A stretch of DNA of 50,731 nt from a phage, in sequence record PZ445412.1; one strand, written 5' to 3'. A program made the position numbers and the translations under genes. The notes below the pieces were generated by a model, which was not told where the DNA came from, ran no database searches, and was given only the letters and a program-made list of their open reading frames with translations. Shown here piece after piece: positions 19,863 to 28,226 of this stretch. How positions within the stretch are numbered: position 1 is the first letter of the stretch; every line of letters begins with the position of its first letter.

Positions 19863-20918
19863 ATGAGCGATTTTAAAGTTTACACCTTTGACCAGTTAAC
19901 CAATGATGAATATCACGATCCTAAAGGTTGGGCGGCTGAATACGTTAGCGGTTCAAGCCTGGCAGAAATCTTTGCAACTTGTCCGGCAGCATGGAAATAC
20001 AGACCACGCGAAGAAAGCAAAGCTCTTGTTTTCGGTACGCAGTCACATACCAACTTTCAAAGCAGTGAGTTGTTCGCAAAAGAGTACCGCCGAGCGCCAG
20101 CGCCGGAAGATTACGAAAACTTAATCACAAGCCAAACGGCATTAGCAAGCAAGTTAAAATCTTTTGGCCTGACTGGTACATCTGGGAAAACCTATCCAGA
20201 TCTGATTAAGATGATTGTTGATTGCGGTGAGGATCTTAATGTTCAGTGGCTGATTGAAATGATCGCAGAGAGCCAGGCGCGAGCGGATAAAGTTGAATTG
20301 GTTCCGGCTAAAGATTACGACGCTTGCGTTACCATGCGCCGCGTACTGGAAAGCATACCGGAACACAACGCTTGCATGAATAGCCCAACAGCACAACGCG
20401 AGCTATCAATTTTCGGCACTATCAAAGGCGTGAAAGTCAAAGTAAGGCTTGACCATGTTGATATTTGCAAGGATGTGCTTGCAACAGTGATTTCCGGCTA
20501 TGGTGGTGATGGTAATCCGGTATATGAAACAACGCGATTTGATGAAGCGATTGTGATCACGGATTATAAAACAACGTCAAGCGCTAACCCGTCAGAGTTT
20601 GCAAGGCTGGCATTCGATCATGGCTACTACTTGAAAATGGCATTGCAGCATGACCTATTCAAGAAAGCGTATCCAGAAGAAACGCGCCCCGTAGTAGTCA
20701 GATTGCTGGCGCAGGAAAAGAAAGAGCCTTATTTACCGATCGCATACCGCATGACGGATGAACAATTGAAGATCGGACGGCTTCAATACATGAGTGTGAT
20801 AAACCAGTTTGCAGAATGCCAGGTAAATGACGTTTGGCCTTCATACGCAAACGGAGAGCCGGAAATTGATCTTCAAACACCTGATTGGGTTCGTCGTCAA
20901 TACAAAGGTTTTTTATAA
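19863..20918 (+). CDS. PD-(D/E)XK-family exonuclease (RecE-like recombination nuclease)
   Basis: Motifs RLDHVD and ITDYKTT (D...D/E-x-K); precedes Erf-like and SSB genes; start MSDFKVY at 19863. Confidence 0.5.
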   Translation: MSDFKVYTFDQLTNDEYHDPKGWAAEYVSGSSLAEIFATCPAAWKYRPREESKALVFGTQSHTNFQSSELFAKEYRRAPAPEDYENLITSQTALASKLKSFGLTGTSGKTYPDLIKMIVDCGEDLNVQWLIEMIAESQARADKVELVPAKDYDACVTMRRVLESIPEHNACMNSPTAQRELSIFGTIKGVKVKVRLDHVDICKDVLATVISGYGGDGNPVYETTRFDEAIVITDYKTTSSANPSEFARLAFDHGYYLKMALQHDLFKKAYPEETRPVVVRLLAQEKKEPYLPIAYRMTDEQLKIGRLQYMSVINQFAECQVNDVWPSYANGEPEIDLQTPDWVRRQYKGFL

Positions 20919-20938
20919 ATAGCACTTTTTGCTAAAAC
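20917..20938 (+). promoter_or_regulatory. conserved 22-bp box plus hairpin element
   Basis: AAATAGCACTTTTTGCTAAAAC; hairpin GATGCGTG-gtatacta-CACGCATC at 20949-20972. Confidence 0.6.
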
Positions 20939-20995
20939 TGCCATTCGATGCGTGGTATACTACACGCATCAACCAACGAGAGAGAGGAAATAAAA

Positions 20996-21286
20996 ATGGA
21001 ACAGCAATTCAATGAACAAGACATTCAAGATGTGCGCGATCACGTAGGCGGATTTGTAAACGCATTAGGAATTATGCAACGCCAGTTCTTGCGCGTAATT
21101 GATCCAAGCGAATCACCGGAAACTCTTGAATATGTTCGCAAGGTTGCATATTCGATTGATAACGTTGTGTTAACGGTTCTTCAAATGGAAAATAACGAAG
21201 AGCATCGCAAGATGATTAATCAGGCAAGTGAAATCATGATCCAGAATTTGATTGATTATCACAACGAGAACGAAGAAAAGCATTAA
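20996..21286 (+). CDS. hypothetical acidic protein
   Basis: Start MEQQF at 20996 after box/hairpin element; RBS GAGAGAGG. Confidence 0.4.
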   Translation: MEQQFNEQDIQDVRDHVGGFVNALGIMQRQFLRVIDPSESPETLEYVRKVAYSIDNVVLTVLQMENNEEHRKMINQASEIMIQNLIDYHNENEEKH

Positions 21287-21332
21287 TTAACACGGCGGCG
21301 CAAGCCGCCATTATTAAACCGGAGTCAATGAA

Positions 21333-21995
21333 ATGAAATTTTCCGAACAAAACGCAAACGTAATTAAGGCATTGTTTGAGGCGCGTCAATTATTCACCAA
21401 AGTAAAAAAGGATAAGCAAAACACGCACCTGAAAAATAAATATGCAACTCTTGACAGCGTTCTTGATGCTATTATGCCTGGCCTTACTGATAAGGGTTTA
21501 TTCCTTACTCAAGATCAGAAAGTTGGCGAAGATTTGAAATCAATGACGGTTTTAACTCGCTTCATTCACGTTGAATCAAATGAATGGGTTGAATATAGTT
21601 TCACGTTGCCAATGCAGAAATTAGATCCACAAGGCGGCGGCTCAACAAACAGCTATGCGCGACGTTATGCGCTTTGCACAGCTCTTGGCCTGGCAACGGC
21701 TGACGATGACGCAAATCTTGCCACAAAAAACGCGCAGGATTGGAAAAAAGATCTTGATGCTTGCGATAACCTTACAGACTTGCAAGAAACGTTTAAAACG
21801 GCTTACAAGCAATCTGATGCGGCTAACCGGAGAATCATTAAAGAGCATTACGACAAGCTGAAAGCGAAAATGGAGATCGGAAAGGCTCGCGGTTTTAATC
21901 CGGCTGAACCAGCGGCAAATGTTGCGAAGAATGAAAAAGTTGAAAACCAACCGCAACAGGAAGTAAAATCACATTCTATCACTGACTTTGAATAA
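21333..21995 (+). CDS. single-strand annealing protein (Erf-like)
   Basis: Motifs KNKYATLDSVLDAI and SYARRYAL, recalled as Erf-family signatures; sits between nuclease and SSB. Confidence 0.5.
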   Translation: MKFSEQNANVIKALFEARQLFTKVKKDKQNTHLKNKYATLDSVLDAIMPGLTDKGLFLTQDQKVGEDLKSMTVLTRFIHVESNEWVEYSFTLPMQKLDPQGGGSTNSYARRYALCTALGLATADDDANLATKNAQDWKKDLDACDNLTDLQETFKTAYKQSDAANRRIIKEHYDKLKAKMEIGKARGFNPAEPAANVAKNEKVENQPQQEVKSHSITDFE

Positions 21996-22033
21996 TTTAT
22001 CGCGGGGCGATAACGCCCCGATAAGGAAATAAA

Positions 22034-22462
22034 ATGCACGTTATCACCGGAGAAATTCGCAAAGAGCCTTTTGTTAAGCAAGGGCAAAACGGCACACTTT
22101 ATATTGTTGAGCTTTCAGAATCATATAAAGATCGAGAAGGTAACAGACAATACACCAATTACAAATTCTTCTTTAATGCAAAAAGCGAGGGAATGAATAA
22201 TTGGTATCGTGAGGCATTCCAGCAGGGTAAAATTATTTCTGTATCTTGCGACCAGTTGCGCATTGATAGCAGCGAATATAACGGGCAGATTTATAACACT
22301 CTAACAAGTGCCGGATTTGCTAACCTGCAATTTAGCCAGCGCGGAGGGCAGCAACAAGCGCCACAGCAGCAAAGCCAGCCACGCCAACAGCAGCAGCCAC
22401 GACAGCAAGCGCCTCAAAATAACGAGCCGCCTATGGATTTTGACGACGATATTCCATTCTAA
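22034..22462 (+). CDS. ssb: single-stranded DNA-binding protein
   Basis: Gln/Pro-rich linker and C-terminal acidic tail MDFDDDIPF, the canonical SSB C-terminus. Confidence 0.85.
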   Translation: MHVITGEIRKEPFVKQGQNGTLYIVELSESYKDREGNRQYTNYKFFFNAKSEGMNNWYREAFQQGKIISVSCDQLRIDSSEYNGQIYNTLTSAGFANLQFSQRGGQQQAPQQQSQPRQQQQPRQQAPQNNEPPMDFDDDIPF

Positions 22463-22467
22463 AAATA

Positions 22468-22490
22468 AAGGGGCTTACGCCCCTTTTTCA
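22468..22490. terminator. bidirectional terminator between convergent ssb and minus-strand block
   Basis: AAA-GGGGC-ttac-GCCCC-TTTTT. Confidence 0.6.
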
Positions 22491-22732
22491 CTTTCTTTGA
22501 TACCCAAAACAGCAATTACCTTAACTGCGATCCGGCTTGCAAGTTCAAGCTGTTGTGCGTTAAGCGTTCCTGTATTCATGATAGACAACAGTCCAGACAT
22601 AGAGCCAAGAGCTTTAAAATCAGTAAAGGCTGATTTCATAATATCCATTTGTTGATGACCACCATTCACAATCGCTTGTGCGCGTTCTGATAGGTCTGCA
22701 ACTACCTTTTCAACACCATCACTTTTCGTCAT
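22475..22732 (-). CDS. hypothetical protein
   Basis: 85-aa ORF, last gene of the minus-strand block; convergent with ssb. Confidence 0.35.
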   Translation of the reverse strand: MTKSDGVEKVVADLSERAQAIVNGGHQQMDIMKSAFTDFKALGSMSGLLSIMNTGTLNAQQLELASRIAVKVIAVLGIKESEKGA

Positions 22733-23216
22733 TTTCTGCTACCTTTTCCGCCTGAGTTGCTTGTTGTGGCATGTTAGGCCACGGGCTAATCGCTTCACGT
22801 TCTGCAACAGGCTTTTCCGGTTCAATCCCTAAAAACTTGCCAACAAACTCACCAACGAAATTAGAGCTATCACTTATATAAACGTGCATCCGATCCAGAT
22901 CTGAGGACGTTACACTATTTGGCGCAATCATGATGCGCTGTTGATGAAAGCCGATATACATCACATTAACAGGGCGCTCAAGTGCCCCAGGGTTTGGGGC
23001 AATAACTCCCATGATCCAACAATAATGGATTTGACCATCGCCTAAAGGCTCACATCCAGCATTTAGCCAGTTCACTTTCTGATGTGGGAACATCATAGAC
23101 GAATCTGTTGCGTCACGCCGTAGCGACCAATTAACGCCACCAATTTCAATATTTGGACGTGGGCGCATACCGTTAAACTGAGTCACACCAGCACCATTCT
23201 GATTCATGTTTTGCAT
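22719..23216 (-). CDS. hypothetical protein
   Basis: 165-aa ORF, co-oriented, overlapping the downstream ORF. Confidence 0.4.
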   Translation of the reverse strand: MQNMNQNGAGVTQFNGMRPRPNIEIGGVNWSLRRDATDSSMMFPHQKVNWLNAGCEPLGDGQIHYCWIMGVIAPNPGALERPVNVMYIGFHQQRIMIAPNSVTSSDLDRMHVYISDSSNFVGEFVGKFLGIEPEKPVAEREAISPWPNMPQQATQAEKVAENDEK

Positions 23217-23230
23217 ATCGGCTTACCTTC

Positions 23231-23578
23231 TTACATTGATTTCATTTTACGCAGAGCGCAAATACACGCGGCGGCAAGATCTGTTAATTCTTTCTCAATG
23301 CCGTGATGCGAGCCATCTGATTTTTCAGTCATTAACTCTTTGTATTCCATTTCAACAATTGACATCATGCCGCCTGGCTTGTCGTGGTACGCTTCCCAAG
23401 TATGCGGAGGGTTTGAAATGCGTTCATGAACATCTGCCATAGCTGAACCATGTTCATGAGTTCGATAATGATAACCATCATGATCTTTTTCCTCATGCGA
23501 GCCAATAACAATGCGCGGTAAATGAATGCGTGGCATTCGATAGCCAGCGATCTTAATATGTGACATAAAAGCCTCCAT
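23231..23578 (-). CDS. hypothetical His-rich protein
   Basis: 115-aa ORF with many His residues (HEEKDHDGYHYRTHEHG...). Confidence 0.4.
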   Translation of the reverse strand: MEAFMSHIKIAGYRMPRIHLPRIVIGSHEEKDHDGYHYRTHEHGSAMADVHERISNPPHTWEAYHDKPGGMMSIVEMEYKELMTEKSDGSHHGIEKELTDLAAACICALRKMKSM

Positions 23579-23609
23579 AGAGAAAAGCGCCCCGAAAGGC
23601 GCTTATTTA

Positions 23610-24320
23610 TTAGCAGCCACAGCAGCCAGTAGGCGGCGTTGGCGGGGTAGGCAGTTTGAAGTTAACCAACTGCTCAACCTGGTTAATTTTGCAATTCAGC
23701 GCGGCGGTTTGATTCGCCTGAGACAGTGCAAAACGAGCCTCTTGCAGTTGCGATTTCATATCGCAAATGAGAACAGCCTGAGAATCAGCGAACTGTTGAC
23801 GCATCAGATCACGCGTTGCGTTGCCCTGGCGTTCAATATTCAGGTTTGTCTCGCAGCAACATCTTTCGGCGGCAAGTTGCGCCTCAAAACTAGCTCGCTG
23901 TTGCTCAAACGACTGAGCACAAATAGCACCAGTAATTGTGTTAGTGCTTTGAGTGATCGCAGTGTTAAGACCTGCAAAGCCCTGGACGGATGCCAAAAGG
24001 TTCTGCGTGTTCTGATTGGTAATGCCGTTAAAAGTTGAAGCGGCGGAGCGTTCAACAGTTAAGTTTGTCGCGTTCTGTCCTTGCAGGGTTTGCAGTCCCA
24101 AGTTGTTGACACCAGTCTGAATGTTATTGATACCATCAAGAACGGCGTTTGCACCAACAGCAACAGCAGCACCATCGCCACCACCATTAAAGCCACGACC
24201 ACCAAAGCCATTGCCGAACCATGAACCAATCAGGCCGCCGACAGCGCCGCCAAGACCAGCCGCACCAGCTTCACCGCCACCAAAACCGCCACCCGTAGGT
24301 AATAGAGTCATATCTGACAT
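23610..24320 (-). CDS. Gly-rich protein with Cys-rich C-terminus (possible fibre-associated protein)
   Basis: N-terminal Gly-rich low complexity, central Gln/Asn-rich region, CCCE motif and C-terminal PTPPTPPTGCCGC; directly downstream of tail fibre gene. Confidence 0.45.
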   Translation of the reverse strand: MSDMTLLPTGGGFGGGEAGAAGLGGAVGGLIGSWFGNGFGGRGFNGGGDGAAVAVGANAVLDGINNIQTGVNNLGLQTLQGQNATNLTVERSAASTFNGITNQNTQNLLASVQGFAGLNTAITQSTNTITGAICAQSFEQQRASFEAQLAAERCCCETNLNIERQGNATRDLMRQQFADSQAVLICDMKSQLQEARFALSQANQTAALNCKINQVEQLVNFKLPTPPTPPTGCCGC

Positions 24321-24439
24321 AATGAATTCCTCTTTGACATTAAAAAATTAAAAATTTAAGTAACATTTTCGTTACGCGGTGGAGTATGCGCCTTATTGGA
24401 TGGAATAGATATGGAAGGATTGTAAAGAATTGGTAAATA

Positions 24440-24464
24440 AAAAAGGGAGGCGTTGCGCCTCCCG
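24440..24464 (-). terminator. rho-independent terminator after tail fibre gene (minus strand)
   Basis: GGGAGGCG-ttg-CGCCTCCC with a T-run on the minus strand. Confidence 0.65.
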
Positions 24465-24469
24465 TTGTA

Positions 24470-26389
24470 TTATGGTAGTTCTGGAATTGTTGTGGCATTA
24501 CCTCCAGCCAATCCAGCAATCATTTCCTTCAATTGTTCAATATCAGCTTTTAAACTTGAAACTTCACTTTCTAACGCTTCATTTTTACCCTGCAACTCTT
24601 GAACAACAACAATAAGATCAGAAATAACGGCGCGATCATTAACGTTCATGATTTCGAATTCATCACCGTTTTCATCTGTTGCAGTTCCGCCAAAGAAAAC
24701 GTAAGTGTCGTCTATTTCAGCCATTTGTTGCGCAAGGTATCCACGCTGCAAAACATGGTTTCCCTTATAATAAAACTCCATAACACCAATCTGTTTAACG
24801 CGATCCCATGCGCCAGGCTTAGGAGGTTCAAATCTATCCTTAATACGAACATCAGATCCCTGAATAGCGCAGCGCCCCTCAGGTGTATAGAATCCATTAT
24901 CGTTTCGCATCGAGTACCATACGACACTACCGCCAAATGTGTTAAAAGACCAAACATATTGATACTGTTGCCCAGGGACACCTGCAACATAGTTTTGAAC
25001 ACCAAACCACGAGTTTTCAACATATGTAAGAAGGTTTGCGCCATCGCTTGATTGTTGAGATTTTTCTTTAATCAAAGCAGCAGTCCACGGGCCTCCCTGA
25101 CCATAATAAGCCTTAGCCCACACCGCATTAAATGTAACATCCTGATCAATTCCAACCCCTAAATTTCGTCTTGCTTGAGCTACATTATCAGCACCAGTAC
25201 CACCTTGCGCAATACCTAGAGCCGACCAACCTTTTAGATAGCGATTGAACATACCCCATGTTCCATCATTCCTTACAGATATCTCTTTTAAACCATCTGG
25301 AGAAAGCATTGACGTGAAAACAGAATCCTGAATTATTCTATCAACTTGCAAATTTATTTTTGCTTGCGTAACGTTTTCAGCACCAGTGCCGCCAGCGCCA
25401 ATAGAAAGTGCCGATGTGCTGTTGTTGTCATTACGTGCAACTCGCCATTCTCCATTGTTAGCGATCCGCAATTCATAAGTCCATGCAGGATTTCTGAAAG
25501 AGTTGTAAGCGCCAGTATCTTGATCTTTTACAGAATTAACCGCCTCAACTTTCAAAGCTTCCCTTGCAAGGTCTTTGTTTGCAAGATCATTAAGGTTTTG
25601 ATCCTTATGCAGCAGATTTTCAGGTTGCACCTGTTGCGCCCATTGGCGAGCTTCATCACGCGCAGTCTCAGCGCCAGCCTTTGCATTATCAGCACCAACC
25701 TTTGATTGCTCTGCGGCGAATTGTGCGTTTTCCGCTTCATCACGCGCGTCTAACGCTTCATTTTTAATTCCGGTTATCTCAGTAACGGCAGAATCTTTAA
25801 TCTGTTGCGTTTGGTTTTTTATTGCGTCCGTGTCTGCCTTAATCTGATTGGTTTCGGCAACAGCGGCATTCTTAATCTGTTGAGTTTCAGAAACAGCGGT
25901 ATCCTTAATCTGTTGCGTTTCAGTAACAGCAGCATCCTTTATTGTTTGCGTGTAGTTTTTTAATTGTTCCGTCGCGGCTCGGTCTGCATCAGTTTTTTGC
26001 GCGGAAGCCTCAGCGCGAGCAACAAGATCCTGTATTGTTTTTAAATCAAAGTTTTTGAAAAATTCAATCGCTTCCTCAATAACAGTTTCTTTACTTTGGT
26101 AATAGCGCAGCGTTTCCGCAACATCTTGCGCCATTCCATCTACCGTTAAAGAGTCATTCAACAGGATCACATAATTTCCGTTTTCTACTGGCTCGCCGTC
26201 AGTCTGGATCGCTTTCATTTCCGTGTCACTTACAATATCGCTAATCACAGCCAATTTAAGAGGCGATGTGAGAAATACGATTGTTGCGCCAGCGCGGATA
26301 AGAGAAAGAGGCTCACGCCATTTTGTGCCAGTACCAGTAATAACGCCTTGCGCGTCCATTGCAGCCGTACCAGTGCGATATAAAGCCAT
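24470..26389 (-). CDS. side tail fibre with C-terminal chaperone-like domain
   Basis: 639 aa; about 11-aa tandem repeats (TQQIKDTAVSE-like); C-terminal coiled-coil tail; own sigma70-like promoter and terminator. Confidence 0.7.
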   Translation of the reverse strand: MALYRTGTAAMDAQGVITGTGTKWREPLSLIRAGATIVFLTSPLKLAVISDIVSDTEMKAIQTDGEPVENGNYVILLNDSLTVDGMAQDVAETLRYYQSKETVIEEAIEFFKNFDLKTIQDLVARAEASAQKTDADRAATEQLKNYTQTIKDAAVTETQQIKDTAVSETQQIKNAAVAETNQIKADTDAIKNQTQQIKDSAVTEITGIKNEALDARDEAENAQFAAEQSKVGADNAKAGAETARDEARQWAQQVQPENLLHKDQNLNDLANKDLAREALKVEAVNSVKDQDTGAYNSFRNPAWTYELRIANNGEWRVARNDNNSTSALSIGAGGTGAENVTQAKINLQVDRIIQDSVFTSMLSPDGLKEISVRNDGTWGMFNRYLKGWSALGIAQGGTGADNVAQARRNLGVGIDQDVTFNAVWAKAYYGQGGPWTAALIKEKSQQSSDGANLLTYVENSWFGVQNYVAGVPGQQYQYVWSFNTFGGSVVWYSMRNDNGFYTPEGRCAIQGSDVRIKDRFEPPKPGAWDRVKQIGVMEFYYKGNHVLQRGYLAQQMAEIDDTYVFFGGTATDENGDEFEIMNVNDRAVISDLIVVVQELQGKNEALESEVSSLKADIEQLKEMIAGLAGGNATTIPELP

Positions 26390-26419
26390 AATTACACCTC
26401 ATTTTATTCATTGAAACAG

Positions 26420-26455
26420 TGTAGTGATTATGCGATATTGCTATGTTACATGCAA
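26420..26455 (-). promoter_or_regulatory. sigma70-like promoter for tail fibre gene
   Basis: On minus strand TTGCAT, 17-nt spacer, CATAAT; about 30 nt upstream of fibre ATG. Confidence 0.5.
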
Positions 26456-26480
26456 TAAAAAACCCCGCCTTAGCGGGGTT
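26455..26480 (-). terminator. rho-independent terminator after primase gene (minus strand)
   Basis: CCCCGC-taag-GCGGGG followed by TTTTTT on minus strand. Confidence 0.65.
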
Positions 26481-26544
26481 CGTCAACGACAACGAGAAGT
26501 CAATGAAACAGATTCATCGAAAAGTGTTAGTAGCATGATTAATA

Positions 26545-27471
26545 TTATAATAAGTCACTTGCCTTGTAAAGCCTCCGCTCTATTCCATTTTTGAATTTAC
26601 CGTTAACTGGTAACATTACGTCTAATTCGCGATCATCAGCAGCAATCAAAGTATCGCGATCATTAGCATGGCACACAACGCGCATTTTACGATCTCCTTT
26701 GTATCTGTATGCAACAATTTCAAGATTTGAAGGTGAGAAACACGCCCATACTTCTTGCCCCGTCGCCAGGTGTATATGTTGCGCATCAATCCAATCAACG
26801 CAAAGGTAAATTGTTTTGTCAGTCTTGCCAGTTACCGCAACGCTTCCGCGCGTGTAATCTTTCGCGTAAAAACTGCTTTTCCCTTCCTCATTGACGAAAA
26901 GAATATTGCACATATCATCATCCAATTCATCACTATGCACCAGGTGGCAAGGAATAGCGTGTATATGTTCGTCATATCCACCAGGATTGATTTTTACGCC
27001 TACTTGATACGATTCACCGTCTAACGGATAAAACGCCTCAAAAATGCTTAGGTGCGTTGCTGTCATGGTTTCTGTTTTACTCATTACCTCAGCGCATTTT
27101 TCGTGTGGTGATTGCGATCCGAAATTATAACCGGAGTCACGTTTTGCCGCTTTGTTCGCCTTGTTGACAACCTCAACCGGAACCAGGTTTAACCATTCGC
27201 CTAGAGTGTCGATTGCTTCACTGTAATTTTCACCACGTATGCGCATGAATAATCCGATCCCTGAATCATTCCCGCATTGGTTGCAAATGTTGCCGCCGTC
27301 GCCTTTCTCGTTGATTTTGTCAGTCCAACGAAAGCGATCTTTACCGCCGCAATAAGGGCAAGGCTGATGCTTTCCGTTAAAGGTTAATTGAGGAATATCG
27401 CAAAGTTTCATTAATGCCGCTTGCCACATGCCGCGCATCTTTGGGATCACTTCTTCTTTTTGATAATGCAT
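26545..27471 (-). CDS. DNA primase (zinc-binding, P4-alpha-like N-terminal type)
   Basis: CPYCGGKDRFRW...CNQC zinc-finger motif near N-terminus. Confidence 0.55.
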   Translation of the reverse strand: MHYQKEEVIPKMRGMWQAALMKLCDIPQLTFNGKHQPCPYCGGKDRFRWTDKINEKGDGGNICNQCGNDSGIGLFMRIRGENYSEAIDTLGEWLNLVPVEVVNKANKAAKRDSGYNFGSQSPHEKCAEVMSKTETMTATHLSIFEAFYPLDGESYQVGVKINPGGYDEHIHAIPCHLVHSDELDDDMCNILFVNEEGKSSFYAKDYTRGSVAVTGKTDKTIYLCVDWIDAQHIHLATGQEVWACFSPSNLEIVAYRYKGDRKMRVVCHANDRDTLIAADDRELDVMLPVNGKFKNGIERRLYKASDLL

Positions 27472-27484
27472 TTCTCAACCTCCA

Positions 27485-27521
27485 AATAAAAAACCTGGCA
27501 CGATGATAAACCATGCCAGGC
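27485..27521 (-). terminator. hairpin plus T-tract between HTH gene and primase (minus strand)
   Basis: CCTGGCATGG...CGTGCCAGG followed by TTTTTTATTT on minus strand. Confidence 0.5.
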
Positions 27522-27529
27522 CGGAATTT

Positions 27530-28138
27530 TTAGCAATCAGTGCTATCGACGGAAATCACAACGCGTTTCTTCTGATTGGCTTCCTTTGCTTTGCGCCGTT
27601 CTTCTTTCGCCTTTTCGCGTTCAGCTTTGCGCCGCGCTTTCTCCTTCTCGCGTTCTTCTGGACTCATAGACCGCAACGGATCGTAAGGCCGCACAAATCC
27701 TCTTGCTTCCGCTTCCTCTTTGGTTACAAATCGCATCAGCTTTCTGTTGCTGCAACGATTCTCTAATGGCTTGCCGTTATTATCAAATTTGATATCTGGA
27801 CGGCAATATGAAGCGCGGAAGCCGTTAAAACCTTTGCGTCGGTAATCTTTCTGGATCAGTTCAGCGCCTTTAGTTGAAATCATGCCGCGCTCTTTCCATC
27901 CCCATACTGTTTTAAGGTTAACGCCAATTTCACGCGCCAGGGCAGCGCAACCGCCGTAAGCGTTGACAACTTCATCAAGCCGCGCTTTTAATCCGGCTCT
28001 TACTTCTTCCTTTAATACAAGATAACCGCTAACAGGTGCGCGACGTTTACGATCTTTACCACGTCTTACGCCGTTGTTACCATTGATTGTTCGTTTGTCG
28101 ATTTCGCCAGTTGAGGCAGCAATTTTGATTTCGCTCAT
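27530..28138 (-). CDS. HTH DNA-binding protein with basic C-terminal tail
   Basis: HTH-like segment CAALAREIGVNLKTVWGWKERG; Lys/Arg/Glu-rich C-terminus; first gene of leftward unit upstream of primase. Confidence 0.4.
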   Translation of the reverse strand: MSEIKIAASTGEIDKRTINGNNGVRRGKDRKRRAPVSGYLVLKEEVRAGLKARLDEVVNAYGGCAALAREIGVNLKTVWGWKERGMISTKGAELIQKDYRRKGFNGFRASYCRPDIKFDNNGKPLENRCSNRKLMRFVTKEEAEARGFVRPYDPLRSMSPEEREKEKARRKAEREKAKEERRKAKEANQKKRVVISVDSTDC

Positions 28139-28148
28139 ATTTTCACCT

Positions 28149-28170
28149 GTAGCACTTTTTGCTAAAAAAC
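28149..28170 (+). promoter_or_regulatory. conserved 22-bp box upstream of helicase
   Basis: GTAGCACTTTTTGCTAAAAAAC followed by TATGATAT and a small hairpin. Confidence 0.5.
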
Positions 28171-28226
28171 TTGATTAAGTTTGTGTATGATATGCCTCAA
28201 ATGGCATTTAGTCAAAAGGATAAAAA

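Noticed and set aside
20917-20938. Interpreting the 22-bp boxes as rho-independent terminators
   Set aside because: The hairpins follow rather than precede the A/T-rich box and are not followed by U-tracts; clear terminators of canonical form exist elsewhere (for example 6752-6780), so the boxes are a distinct element class.
27530-28138. Lysogeny module (repressor or integrase) around the HTH protein
   Set aside because: No integrase, excisionase or attachment-site-like sequence anywhere in the window; the HTH protein is more likely a replication or early regulator; genome organisation is that of a virulent phage.
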